Program-made: the position numbers and the translations under genes | Source of the DNA: Macrostomum lignano | Lineage: Eukaryota | Assembly (NCBI GenBank): GCA_002269645.1 | Contig: NIVC01001976.1 | Location: 62,001 to 126,000 of the forward strand | Reading direction: 5' to 3' | Length of the DNA stretch: 64,000 nucleotides | Notes under the pieces: model-generated | What the model was told of the DNA's origin: nothing | The model's database searches: none | What the model saw: only the letters and a program-made list of their open reading frames with translations | Part shown: in pieces, positions 25,270-38,839 of the stretch | Numbering within the stretch: position 1 is the first letter of the stretch | How the letters are laid out: every line of letters begins with the position of its first letter

Positions 25270-25460
25270 CAAAAACGAAGAAAAATGCGCACAAAAAGGC
25301 AGGAAAAACGAAGAAAAATGCGCACAAAAAGGCAGGAAAAACGAAGAAAAATGCGCACAAAAAGGCAGGAAAAACGAAGAAAAATGCGCACAAAAAGGCA
25401 GGAAAAACGAAGAAAAATGCGCACAAAAAGGCAGGAAAAAACGAAGAAAAATGCGCAAAA
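25270..25460. repeat. 33-bp repeat (aaaacgaagaaaaatgcgcacaaaaaggcagga), ~5.5 copies
   Basis: Direct reading. Confidence 0.92.
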
Positions 25461-25547
25461 ATGGGCAACAAGAAACAGAGAAAACACTAGGTAACATATT
25501 TTTACCGCAAAGAACCAAAAAGTCAGACTTTAATGACCAAAAGTGCG

Positions 25548-25987
25548 TCACTGAAACAAAAACGAAGCATCAGATGTGGCGGCCGGTTCCGCAGTCGTTT
25601 CAGATTCGCGCAGAGCCGCCAGAATCTCCTGCTGGCGTACGCGGAGCGGAGCCAGGATATTGGCCAGTTCCAGCTCCTCAGCCTCGAGCAGATCATCGAG
25701 CTCAGTTGTGTTCAGCTCCGTGTAATCGAATTCTAAATCCGATTCTTCTCCTGCGGTGCCGCCCTCTGCTGCGGCTGAAATTGTCGGTTTTGATTGGGGT
25801 AGATCACCCGTACTGTCACTCTCTGCCATTTGTCACTCACTCTCCCTCATCTGTACCATTCCCTTACGTCTGTTACTCTCTCACATCTATGTATGTATGT
25901 ATGTATGTATGTATGTATGTATGTATGTATGTATGTATGTATGTATGTATCTATCTGTCGATCTATCTCTATCTATCTATCTATCTG

Positions 25988-26034
<47 letters not shown>

Positions 26035-26039
26035 GTCTG

Positions 26040-26070
<31 letters not shown>

Positions 26071-26071
26071 G

Positions 26072-26114
<43 letters not shown>

Positions 26115-26139
26115 GTCTATCTATCTATCTATCTGTCTG

Positions 26140-26170
<31 letters not shown>

Positions 26171-26175
26171 GTCTG

Positions 26176-26246
<71 letters not shown>

Positions 26247-26275
26247 GTCTATCTATCTATCTATCTATCTATCTG

Positions 26276-26318
<43 letters not shown>

Positions 26319-26343
26319 GTCTATCTATCTATCTATCTGTCTG

Positions 26344-26394
<51 letters not shown>

Positions 26395-26399
26395 GTCTG

Positions 26400-26434
<35 letters not shown>

Positions 26435-26435
26435 G

Positions 26436-26490
<55 letters not shown>

Positions 26491-26495
26491 GTCTG

Positions 26496-26526
<31 letters not shown>

Positions 26527-26527
26527 G

Positions 26528-26558
<31 letters not shown>

Positions 26559-26579
26559 GTCTATCTATCTATCTGTCTG

Positions 26580-26618
<39 letters not shown>

Positions 26619-26619
26619 G

Positions 26620-26678
<59 letters not shown>

Positions 26679-26683
26679 GTCTG

Positions 26684-26730
<47 letters not shown>

Positions 26731-26735
26731 GTCTG

Positions 26736-26786
<51 letters not shown>

Positions 26787-26819
26787 GTCTGTCTATCTAT
26801 CTATCTATCTATCTATCTG

Positions 26820-26870
<51 letters not shown>

Positions 26871-26899
26871 GTCTATCTATCTATCTATCTATCTGTCTG

Positions 26900-26934
<35 letters not shown>

Positions 26935-29900
26935 GTCTGTCTATCTATCTATCTATCTATCTATCTGTCTGTCTATCTATCTATCTATCTATCTATCTGT
27001 CTGTCTATCTATCTATTTCAGACCCTGTCCCTCACTATATCTGTCTGTCACTCTCTAGTTGTCCCTCACTATTCCCCATTTGTCACTGTCTCCGCAGTTG
27101 GAGCCAATCTACAGGTAAGTACAGCCTATTTAAGGTTAACTACCTGATTCACCGTTTCCACCCGTGTCCATCTGAGCGCCTCCAGCCTCAGCAGCAGCCT
27201 CAGCAGCAGCCTCGTCACCGCAGGCTGTCAGCAGCTGCTCTTCATCAAGTGTTTGTTCAGCAATCTCCAATCGAGTCAGCAGGGCGGCAAGCTCGGCCTT
27301 GGTTGAGTCTTCGTCCTCGTCTTGTTCGAGCTGCGCAAGCTCTCTGGGTGACAGGTGGTTTAAATTGCTTACTGGTTAAGTTTGAGTGTGTTAGACACTA
27401 GATGTTAGGGTGTTAGAGAGGCTGGGTGCTAGATGTTACACACTGTGTTAGACACTAGATGTTAGGGTGTTAGAGAGGCTGGGTGCTAGATGTTACACAC
27501 TGTGTTAGACACTGGATGTTAGGGTGTTAAAGAGGTTGGGTGCTAGATGTTACACACTGTGTTAGACACTAGATGTTAGGGTGTTAGAGAGGCTGGGTGC
27601 TAGATGTTACACACTGTGTTAGACACTGGATGTTAGGGTGTTAGAGAGGCTGGGTGCTAGATGTTACACACTGTGTTAGACACTAGATGTTAGGGTGTTA
27701 GAGAGGCTGGGTGCTAGATGTTACACACTGTGTTAGACACTGGATGTTAGGGTGTTAAAGAGGTTGGGTGCTAGATGTTACACACTGTGTTAGACACTAG
27801 ATGTTAGGGTGTTAGAGAGGCTGGGTGCTAGATGTTACACACTGTGTTAGACACTGGATGTTAGGGTGTTAGAGAGGCTGGGTGCTAGATGTTACACACT
27901 GTGTTAGACACTAGATGTTAGGGTGTTAGAGAGGCTGGGTGCTAGATGTTACACACTGTGTTAGACACTGGATGTTAGGGTGTTAGAGAGGCTGGGTGCT
28001 AGATGTTACACACTGTGTTAGACACTAGATGTTAGGGTGTTAGAGAGGCTGGGTGCTAGATGTTACACACTGTGTTAGACACTGGATGTTAGGGTGTTAG
28101 CGAGGCTGGGTGCTAGATGTTACACACTGTGTTAGACACTAGATGTTAGGGTGTTAGAGAGGCTGGGTGCTAGATGTTACACACTGTGTTAGACACTAGA
28201 TGTTAGGGTGTTAGAGAGGCTGGGTGCTAGATGTTACACACTGTGTTAGACACTGGATGTTAGGGTGTTAAAGAGGTTGGGTGCTAGATGTTACACACTG
28301 TGTTAGACACTAGATGTTAGGGTGTTAGAGAGGCTGGGTGCTAGATGTTACACACTGTGTTAGACACTGGATGTTAGGGTGTTAGAGAGGCTGGGTGCTA
28401 GATGTTACACACTGTGTTAGACACTGGATGTTAGGGTGTTAGAGAGGCTGGGTGCTAGATGTTACACACTGTGTTAGACACCGGATATTAAGGTGTTAGA
28501 TTGGGTTTTAAGGTATTAGAGACTGGGTATAACATGAATAAGGCAGTCAATCTGAGGGCCAACCAAAAGTACTATAAAAGAGAATGCGGTCAACACACCC
28601 AACATCCTTAAGAGCAGACTCGGCCTCCTGAATCATCTGATCTAGCTCAGCCTCACTGAGCTCGGCGAACTGCTCACAGAGCTCGCCATCGTCATCGCTC
28701 TGATTATCCACCTCATCGGCAGAAGTCGCAGCCTCGGCAGCAGCAGCCTCTTCTGGCAAATATGAGTCGTCAGGATTGAAATCCTCACGGTCCTGCAATA
28801 TTCAAAATAAATTAAATTAAAAATTAAAAAGCACCCAATGAGTTCATTTTAAGAAGTTAAACCAAACACTAAGACTATGGATTGGGCTGTAGCCCAGCAA
28901 CTGAGGATCTGGGAGGCTGGCCCAGCAACTGAGGATCTGGGAGGCTGGCCAAGCCACTCATGAGGATCTGGGAGGCTGGCCCAGCAACTGACACTCTGGG
29001 AGGCTGGCCCAGCAACTGAGGATCTGGGAGGCTGGCCCACCAACTGGGGATCTGGGAGGCTGGCCCATCAACTGGGGATCTGGGAGGCTGGCCCAGCAAC
29101 TGAGTATCTGGGAGGCTGGCCAAGCCACTCATGAGGATCTGGGAGGCTGGCCCAGCAACTGACACTCTGGGAGGCTGGCCCAGCAACTGAGGATCTGGGA
29201 GGCTGGCCCACCAACTGGGGATCTGGGAGGCTGGCCCATCAACTGGGGATCTGGGAGGCTGGCCCATCTACTGAGGATCTGGGAGGCTGGCACAGCAACT
29301 GAGGATCTGGGAGGCTGGTGGCCCAGCAACTGAGGATCTGGGAGGCTGGTGGCCCAGCAACTGAGGATCTGGGAGGCTGGTGGCCCAGCAACTGAGGATC
29401 TGGGAGGCTGGCCCAGCAACTGACACTCTGGGAGGCTGGTGGCCCAGCAACTGACACTCTGGGAGGCTGGTGGCCCAGCAACTGAGGATCTGGGAGGCTG
29501 GTGGCCCAGCAACTGAGGATCTGGGAGGCTAGCTCAGCAACTGGGGAGGCGCTGAGATGAGATCTATTGGAAACATACTTCATACTTACAACATATAGCA
29601 TACTTCATCAGCTACAAACTCAGCACAGTGCCCATCTCACCGCAGCCTCTCGCAGATCTCTAATTTCCTGCTCAAGCTCCGCAATCTCAGCCTCCTTAGC
29701 CGATATTCGAGTTAAAAACTCGGCTTCATCTTCCCCGACAGAGCCGGAGTCATCGCTTAGCAGAGCAGCTTCTCCATCTGACTCATCAACAGCATCGCTG
29801 GCCTCCTCCTGATCAACCTCGGATTCTTCTGCCGTTGCCGCCTTCTGCTGCAGCTCCTGCTGAACCTGAAGCTGTCGCTGCAGCTCGGCCATCTTAGTTC

Positions 29901-30377
29901 GCAGCTCTTTGGAATTCAGTGATAGTAGAATATTAGTCTTAGAATAATTGAAGTCCAATTTTCTACGCTCGTATTTGCACCAATTCGAAAGTACCCAGCC
30001 GCCTACCCGCAAGCTCTTCGGACTGCTGCTGCTGCTCAGCCACAGCTGAGTTCTTCTCCGCCGTCAGCTGGCAGGCCAGCTGGGTGAGCCGCAACTCCTC
30101 GGCTGAGCTGGCGAGCTGGTAATAATTAGGATTCGGTTGGGGTGGCGCTTTTGGCAGCATGGTGTCTGCCGTCTACCCGTCTGTCTGTCTGCCCGTCTAC
30201 CCGTCTGTATCTGTCTGTCTGTCTGTCTTTATGTCTGTCTGTCTGTCACTCTGTCTGTCTGTCTGTCTGTCTGTCACTCTGTCTGTCTGTCTATATGTCT
30301 GTTTGTCTGTCTGTCTATATGTCTGTCTGTCTGTCTGTCACTCTGTCTGTCTGTCTATATGTCTGTCTGTCTGTCAC

Positions 30378-30435
<58 letters not shown>

Positions 30436-33400
30436 ACTCTGTCTGTCTGTCTATATGTCTGTTTGTCTGTCTGTCTATATGTCTGTCTGTCTGTCTGTCA
30501 CTCTGTCTGTCTGTCTATATGTCTGTCTGTCTGTCTGTCTGTCACTCTGTCTGTCTGTGTCTATATGTCTGTCTGTCTGTCTGTCTGTCTCATCGTTTGT
30601 TTCTACCCTCTCCTGACACACAAAACAAAATCGCGAATGATTACCTCCTGCTCACAGCAATGAACTTGATCAAGGATGCTCTTCTGTCGCAGGTAACGAC
30701 GTTTGACTGCAACGCATTGACAATAAATTTATTTGTTAGAATGACACGATTGCAAAAGTACATAGTATACTATTTTTTAATTTGTCATGACAACGCACGC
30801 TTTTCGCCAACAGCCTCAGTTAGATCGCCAGCTTCGCCGAGATCTGCGGCGCACATGCTTCTCAACATGGCTTGAATGTCGATACGCTCCACTAATTGAG
30901 CTTTGAGCTTCTTTACTGTGGGATTTTACAATTTAAGTAAAACAAAACATGTTGCTTTTAGCGTTTCCTACAGCAAAATATGGACTAATTAGTGTAGGGA
31001 ATGCATTGAAAAACAGAATAGTATGTATGGGCTGCTTGCTGCAACTCTGAGCTCTGAGTTTTTACTTACAGAACGGACTGTTTTAACGACTTTCTGCCTA
31101 AATAACACTTTTCTATCCATTTACAAACATATCTACCTATTTACAAACATATCTGCCCATTTACAAACATCTCTACCTATTTAAAAAACATATCTATCTA
31201 CCTATTTACAAACAAATCTGACTATTTACAAACATATCTACCTATTTACAAACACATCTACCCATTTACAAAACATCTTACCCATTTACAAACATATCTA
31301 CCCATTTACAAACATATCTACCCATTTACAAAACATCTCTACCCATTTACAAACATATCTACCCATTTACAAACATATCTACCCATTTACAAACATATCT
31401 ACCTATTTACAAACATATCTACCTATTTACAAAACATATCTACCTATTTACAAAACATATCTACCTATTTACAAACAAATCTGACTATTTACAAACATAT
31501 CTACCTATTTACAAACAAATCTAACTATTTACAAACATATCTACCTATTTACAAACAAATCTGACTATTTACAAACATATCTACCTGTTTACAAACATAT
31601 CTGCCCATTTACAAACATATCTACCTATTTACAAACAAATCTGACTATTTACAAACATATCTACCTATTTACAAACACATCTACCCATTTACAAAACATC
31701 TTACCCATTTACAAACATATCTACCCATTTACAAACATATCTACCCATTTACAAAACATCTCTACCCATTTACAAACATATCTACCCATTTACAAACATA
31801 TCTACCCATTTACAAACATATCTACCTATTTACAAACATATCTACCTATTTACAAAACATATCTACCTATTTACAAAACATATCTACCTATTTACAAAAC
31901 ATATCTACCTATTTACAAAACATATCTACCTATTTACAAACAAATCTGACTATTTACAAACATATCTACCTATTTACAAACAAATCTAACTATTTACAAA
32001 CATATCTACCTATTTACAAACAAATCTGACTATTTACAAACATATCTACCTATTTACAAAACATATCTACCTATTTACAAACAAATCTGACTATTTACAA
32101 ACATATCTACCTATTTACAAACAAATCTGACTATTTACAAACATATCTACCTATTTACAAACAAATCTGACTATTTACAAACATATCTACCTGTTTACAA
32201 ACATATCTGCCCATTTACAAACATATCTACCTATTTACAAACAAATCTGACTATTTACAAACATATCTACCTATTTACAAACAAATCTGACTATTTACAA
32301 ACATATCTACCTATTTACAAAACATATCTACCTATTTACAAACAAATCTGACTATTTACAAACATATCTACCTATTTACAAACAAATCTGACTATTTACA
32401 AACATATCTACCTGTTTACAAACATATCTGCCCATTTACAAACATGTCTGCCTATTTGGCTATTTACAAACATATCTGCTTATTTACAAACATATCTACC
32501 TATTTACAAACATATCTGCTTATTTACAAACATATCATCCTATTTACAAACATCTCTACCCATTTACAAACATATCTACCTATTCACAGCAGAGCAATAA
32601 CAACTCACTAGCTTTGCAGACTTTCACCAGAGTAATCGCAGACTCCGCAATCGAAGCCAGACGCTGACGAATATCAGAGAGCCTAAAATACAGTATTAGA
32701 GCCAAATTAGTTAACTTTACAAACTAATTTACTCGGCCACTTTAATTCAATATTCAGTCAGCAGCCAGACAACAGACAACTTAAACCTGTTGTGCGCAAC
32801 GTCTTCTAAAACGGTCTCTTGCTTGCCGAACATGCTTAGCATAGCACACTGCTTCTGCAATAGTAAGTGAACCTGCTTATTTGCTTATTGCATGTTATTA
32901 ATTTAAATAAAATAAGATTATAAAATAGAAAACCACAACTGACGTTCATTGCAGCGTTCTGTTTTCTAGTTTCCACAGCCAACTTGCATAGAGTCACTAC
33001 TCGAGTAGCCTGAAAGTTTTGAGATAAGATATCAATTTTACAAATCTCAGGATCTGAAACGTCAGACAGACACTACACTGAAGAACCTGAAGAGTTAGAG
33101 ACAGGACACTGAAAGACCTGAGGGGTTAGAGACAGGACACTGAACGACCTGAGAGGTTAGAGACAGGACACTGAATGACCTGAGGGGTTAGAGACAGAAC
33201 ACTGAAGGACCTGAAGGGGTTAGAGACAGGACACTGAATGACCTGAGGGGTTAGAGACAGAACACTGAAGGACCTGAAGGGGTTAGAGACAGGACACTGA
33301 ACTGAAGGACCTGAAGGGGTTAGAGACAGGACACTGAATGACCTGAGGGGTTAGAGACAGGACACTAAATGACCTGAAGGGGTTAGAGACAGGACACTGA

Positions 33401-35323
33401 ACTAAATGACCTGAAGGGGTTAGAGACAGGACACTGAATGACCTGAAGGGGTTAGAGACAGGACACTGAACTGAAGGACCTGAAGGGGTTAGAGACAGGA
33501 CACTAAATGACCTGAAGGGGTTAGAGACAGGACACTGAATGACCTGAAGGGGTTAGAGACAGGACACTGAACGACCTGAGAGGTTAGAGACAGGACACTG
33601 AACGACCTGAGAGGTAAGAGACAGGACACTGAACTGAAGGACCTGAAGGGGTTAGAGACAGGACACTAAATGACCTGAAGGGGTTAGAGACAGGACACTG
33701 AATGACCTGAAGGGGTTAGAGACAGGACACTGTACTGAAGGACCTGAAGGGGTTAGAGACAGGACACTAAATGACCTGAAAGGGGTTAGAGACGGGACAC
33801 TAAATGACCTGAAGGGGTTAGAGACAGGACACTGAATGACCTGAAGGGGTTAGAGACAGGACACTGAACTGAAGGACCTGAAGGGGTTAGAGACAGGACA
33901 CTAAATGACCTGAAGGGGTTAGAGACAGGACACTGAACTGAAGGACCTGAAGGGGTTAGAGACAGGACACTAAATGACCTGAAGGGGTTAGAGACAGGAC
34001 ACTGAACTGAAGGACCTGAAGGGGTTAGAGACAGGACACTAAATGACCTGAAGGGGTTAGAGACAGGACACTGAACTGAAGGACCTGAAGGGGTTAGAGA
34101 CAGGACACTAAATTACCTGAAGGGGTTAGAGACAGGACACTGAATGACCTGAAGGGGTTAGAGACAGGACACTGAACTGAAGGACCTGAAGGGGTTAGAG
34201 ACAGGACACTGAATGACCTGAAGGGGTTAGAGACAGGACACTGAACTGAAGGACCTGAAGGGGTTAGAGACAGGACACTGAATGACCTGAAGGGGTTAGA
34301 CAGGACACTGAACTGAAGGACCTGAAGGGGTTAGAGACAGGACACTAAATGACCTGAAGGGGTTAGAGACAGGACACTAAATGACCTGAAGGGGTTAGAG
34401 ACAGGACACTAAACTGAAGGACCTGAAGGGGTTAGACAGGACACTGAACTGAAGGACCTGAAGGGGTTAGAGACAGGACACTAAATGACCTGAAGGGGTT
34501 AGAGACAGGACACTGAACTGAAGGACCTGAAGGGGTTAGACAGGACACTGAACTGAAGGACCTGAAGGGGTTAGAGACAGGACACTAAATGACCTGAAGG
34601 GGTTAGAGACAGGACACTGAATGACCTGAAGGGGTTAGAGACAGGACACTGAACTGAAGGACCTGAAGGGGTTAGAGACAGGACACTAAATTACGTGAGA
34701 AGAGCGACAGCACATTGTGAATGAAGAAGGATTTGGATGCATTTAACCAGATAATAAATACATATACATACCTTCTTGGAGAAAGTATCCACAATGGTGT
34801 CGCGCAAATTATAAATGCGCTGCTCAATGCTACGAAAACGTTTAGTGAGAGCTTCCGAGCGTCCGGACCTTTAATAAAGAATTAATTTTTGTTACAAAAG
34901 CGAATAAAAATACTACTGATATAAAAACGTTACTTTAGTAAAGCTACTAATGCGAATACTATTACTGGTGCAGACATTAAAAAACATTTATAAGACATAC
35001 TTATACTTATAATAATTGGAATATGCATATTAATACACACGATTTATCCTACTACTACAAAAATTACTCCTACTACTACTACTACTGCTACTACTACTAC
35101 TACTACTACTGCTACTACTACTGCTGCTGCTACTACTACTACTAATACTACTACTACTACTACTGCTACTACTACTACTACTTCTACTACTACTACTTCT
35201 ACTACTACTGCTACTACTAATACTGATAGTACTACTACTGCTAGTACTACTACTGCTACTACTACTACTACTAGTCTACTACCACTACTTCTACTACTGC
35301 TACTACTACTACGTCTACTACTG

Positions 35324-35358
<35 letters not shown>

Positions 35359-36546
35359 GCTACTACTACTACTGCTACTACTACTACTGCTACTACTACT
35401 CCTACTACTACTACTACTACTACTACTCCTACTACTACTACTACCCCTGCTAGTACTACTGCTACTACTACAAGAACCTACACAAGAGCAGGAGGCATAG
35501 GCTCGCACAGCAGTTCAGGCAAATATTTTTTCGCCGTCTCAATAGCAATTCTGGCGTTCTCGTCTCTATTATCAATACTATTATGGCTACTAGCGCCAGT
35601 AGTAGAGATGAAATATCTTAAAGCAGCGGCGGCAGAGCCAGCGGGCGCATAGGTGGCGGCTGAACTAGCTCTACTAATACTACTATAAGCAGTAGCAGTA
35701 GATGCAGCCCTGCTGTTGCTAGCACCACCGCGTCGAGCGTGACATCGTTTCGGCGGAGGCACTGGCGGCGGCGGCATCAGCAGTCGATAGTACTCTTCTT
35801 CCATCTGCTGCAGCTGCTCAACACTGGAGCAATTCGCAGTTTCATTTGACTGCTTTTTTGCAGACTTCGGCGCTGATGAGTCAGCCGCTGAGTTGGATCG
35901 CCTCTTTTTGCTTTTCTTATGCTTTTTCGTCTTCTGCCGTTTCTCTGCAGGCTCAGCGCATGCGCCTTCGGCAGTACTTTGATATTTAGCTGGCTTTGCT
36001 AGACTAGCAATTGGCTCGGTTATGCACAGATCCTCATTCATCTCTGGCCAATCAGATACAGATAGGACAGCTTGAGCCACCAGAGCTTTCCAATTGGGTT
36101 CTTCTGGTTCCTCTTGAGTGGCGGTTGACGCTTTTGGCACTGTTGAGGCTTCCATGGCATCTGCTGATGGGGTGCCAGTCAATCAGAAAAGAAAAGTTGA
36201 TATCTAATTGTTAGAAAAATTTCTGGCAAAAGTAAACCCACAGCTAGGTATACAAATTTAGCTAACTCTGTTCTTAAGCAGATCTTACTGAAAATATATT
36301 TACATTCTCTAATTTTTGGATAGTAAGAATATTGTGTGACCCTAATGTCAATGAGCCTCAGATATTAGCAATTGTTTAAAAAATGTTTTTGTCTATATAT
36401 AATCAATGCACCATAATTAAAGTTGAGTTCCAAGGGACATAAATTTACAAAAATGCCTTACTAGTATCACCTTTAAGTTTTTATGTAATTATGTATGAGC
36501 ATAGATACTTACCAGAGCTTGAAGAATTCCTTGAATGATGGCTCAT
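25548..36546 (-). CDS. Orphan ~753-aa protein: basic/low-complexity N-terminus, central coiled coil, very acidic C-terminus
   Basis: 13 phase-consistent GT-AG exons in transcript order: 36546-36513, 36163-35482, 34868-34772, 33009-32944, 32872-32787, 32682-32609, 30915-30799, 30706-30645, 30115-30007, 29906-29641, 28792-28599, 27343-27144, 25822-25548 (2262 nt, no internal stop). The last acceptor is weak. No family recognised. Confidence 0.8.
25888..27018. repeat. (TATG)n followed by (TCTA/TCTG)n microsatellite
   Basis: Direct reading. Confidence 0.98.
27385..28490. repeat. 57-bp minisatellite containing TTAGGG, ~19 copies
   Basis: Unit gtgttagacactagatgttagggtgttagagaggctgggtgctagatgttacacact. 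Confidence 0.97.
28890..29545. repeat. 28-bp minisatellite (cccagcaactgaggatctgggaggctgg), with 31-bp variants
   Basis: Direct reading; same unit as 54037-54830. Confidence 0.96.
30170..30592. repeat. (TCTG)n microsatellite with tcactctg/tatatg interruptions
   Basis: Direct reading. Confidence 0.96.
31115..32585. repeat. 21-22-bp minisatellite (tttacaaacatatctacctat)
   Basis: Direct reading. Confidence 0.97.
33075..34690. repeat. 32/37-bp minisatellite (gacctgaaggggttagagacaggacactgaat)
   Basis: Two length variants, often alternating. Confidence 0.97.
35048..35472. repeat. (CTA/CTG)n trinucleotide tract
   Basis: Direct reading; reads (TAG)n on the sense strand of the minus-strand gene. 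Confidence 0.97.
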
Positions 36547-37380
36547 TTTTTATAATTTTGGTTTATATTTTCAATTGGTGCTTGTAGCAACAGATTTACA
36601 AAGAGTTGTCTGCTAAAATAAAAAAATAATTGACTTGAGTGTAAAAGAAAAAAATATTTTGACTTTATTGATTGATATAAAATTTATATATTGATATAAG
36701 TAACAACAATAGTATTAAGTGTTGACACAAAATTAATGACAATGATTAGGTCTTTTAGGATTTTATATATTTTTAGAAACTGATTAAAATTTGTTGACTA
36801 TACCTAGAATTAAAGAAAAGAACAGGTTATTCTATATAAAAGTACTGCCTATTTAAGTAAAACAGACATTTCCTACTTAATTCTATTTGAAAAGTGCTTT
36901 GGTATGCACAGCTTTAATTTAGGCCTATGAATATTTTCTTAATTGTAACTGTATTTTCAAAGTTGCATAAAAAAGCACACTCCAATACCTTATGATATTT
37001 AGTACTATAACTGATATAGAATAAAATGATTAGGCTCTTTTGTCAATTTATTGCATCAGCCCAAGAGCTACAAATAAAACTAGGCCTATAAAAATACACA
37101 ACCCTTTTAATATTATAATTTTTTAGTTATTTAACTTTTTAATTTTAGTAGTATAAAAAATGCAATTTCCTAAAGCATACTAGATCCCAAGCTAAAATCT
37201 TGTATTTGTGTAGAACTAGGCCTATAATAATTCCTAAAGATACATTTTACAGTTAAGAAATTGAATATCTATCAGTTACAGTAGTTTATATTACAAACAT
37301 TAACAGCATATTGATATAGATTATATTTAAATTATAATATCATTGAAAGAACAAGGATTCAATTTTGCAAGAGATTCATC

Positions 37381-37490
37381 ACGCCAACTCGCAAGCAGAA
37401 GTAAAAATCCTACTTTTGGTCGCACGTGTGGGCCCAGAATCCGAGTGACATGGTGCGAATAAAGCGCATTATTAAAAAGTGAACGTTTTA
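37381..37490. promoter_or_regulatory. Small CpG-rich island, putative bidirectional promoter
   Basis: About 8 CpG in 110 bp (including CACGTG) between CpG-depleted flanks, lying between divergent genes. Function is inferred. Confidence 0.5.
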
Positions 37491-38839
37491 GAATGATCAA
37501 AACCTTTTGTTTTTGCTTATCTACTATTTTCTTGTTTAATTTCCTTTGGTACAGTAACTAACTTTTTGATATATGATTTTATATTTTAATTTTTTTTCTT
37601 AGTTTTACCTACAGTGCATTACTTTTGCATTTGTTTTTTTTATAAAAGAATCATTAATTTTAAATAAATAATATTTCGATGAAAATATCTTCAAGAAAAA
37701 TTAAAAATTACTTCGAAAAGAGATACATAGCACTACTGGGGCCTACTATCACTGACAGTGACAGTCAGCTCGATAATATTACATGTCTAAGGATATTTAA
37801 GCTATTTATATTCTTTTTAGCTTAGTACTTGATAACTTGTGACCAGGAAAGCATGGGGGCCATGATTTTTTGGCCTGTAACTACTATAAACTATGCTCTA
37901 CTCTACAGCTCTAGGCCTACAAGCAGGGGCGTAGGGAGGGGGGGGGGGGTAGGGGGATGTATCCCCCCTGAAAAGCCTGACCAAAACTTTTTTGTTGCCA
38001 TTTGTTGCTATATGCTTCCATGTGACTCTGTCATAGCACTTTTACATTGGTGTCTCCCCCTATGGAAAATTCACCTAAAATCTAATTTCTTATGATTTTA
38101 GAAATTTATTTAGATATATAGAAGGAGCATAATGCCAAATTTCTTTTAAGCTCTTAATCTAATTTCTAAAAATTGGCATACTTTGAACAATGACATAGTA
38201 AAAGGCTATGTTAAAAGGTTTCTAGTTTACAAGTATTTGTCTTTGTCTATTGACAATTTAATTTTTTCAAAAGATATGATGTATGATAATGATAATGATA
38301 TCTAGATATATATGTCTTACTAAACTAAACTAAGCATATGCTTTAATAGAATTAGGTCTATTAATGCCATATATACAATAGCAATATAGATTAGTTTATA
38401 GAATCCAAAATCTTAAAAAAAATGCATTTTTGCAACTAGATTTTTGGCTTAAAATAAAAAATAAAGCTTTAAGGTTATTTTCTTTATAAACATTAAGTTA
38501 TAAGGGTTGTTTGGAAAGTCTACAATCAAACATGCATATCTTTTTTGAGTCACTACTTTTGTACTTTATGCTGAAACTTTATACTATAGACAAATATTAT
38601 ATCCTAAATGTTTTAAAATAGGACACCTATACTTGTTTGAGCTAGGCATTTCTTTCTTGCAGTGTTTTTAGTCACATAGCCTACTAATTAATCTTTTCAC
38701 TTTGCTGAATAACAAAAGCAAAAATGAAATATCATTTGGTTTTTGTAGAAGCAAAGGAAGCAAAAAGCAGAAATTCTTTATAAGGTGCAAGCAATATATA
38801 GTGAATATACACCATCAAAAACAATGGTTAATAAATAAG

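Noticed and set aside
25133-25551. K/R-rich and F-rich ORFs
   Set aside because: Generated by the 33-bp repeat in the presumed 3' UTR of the minus-strand gene.
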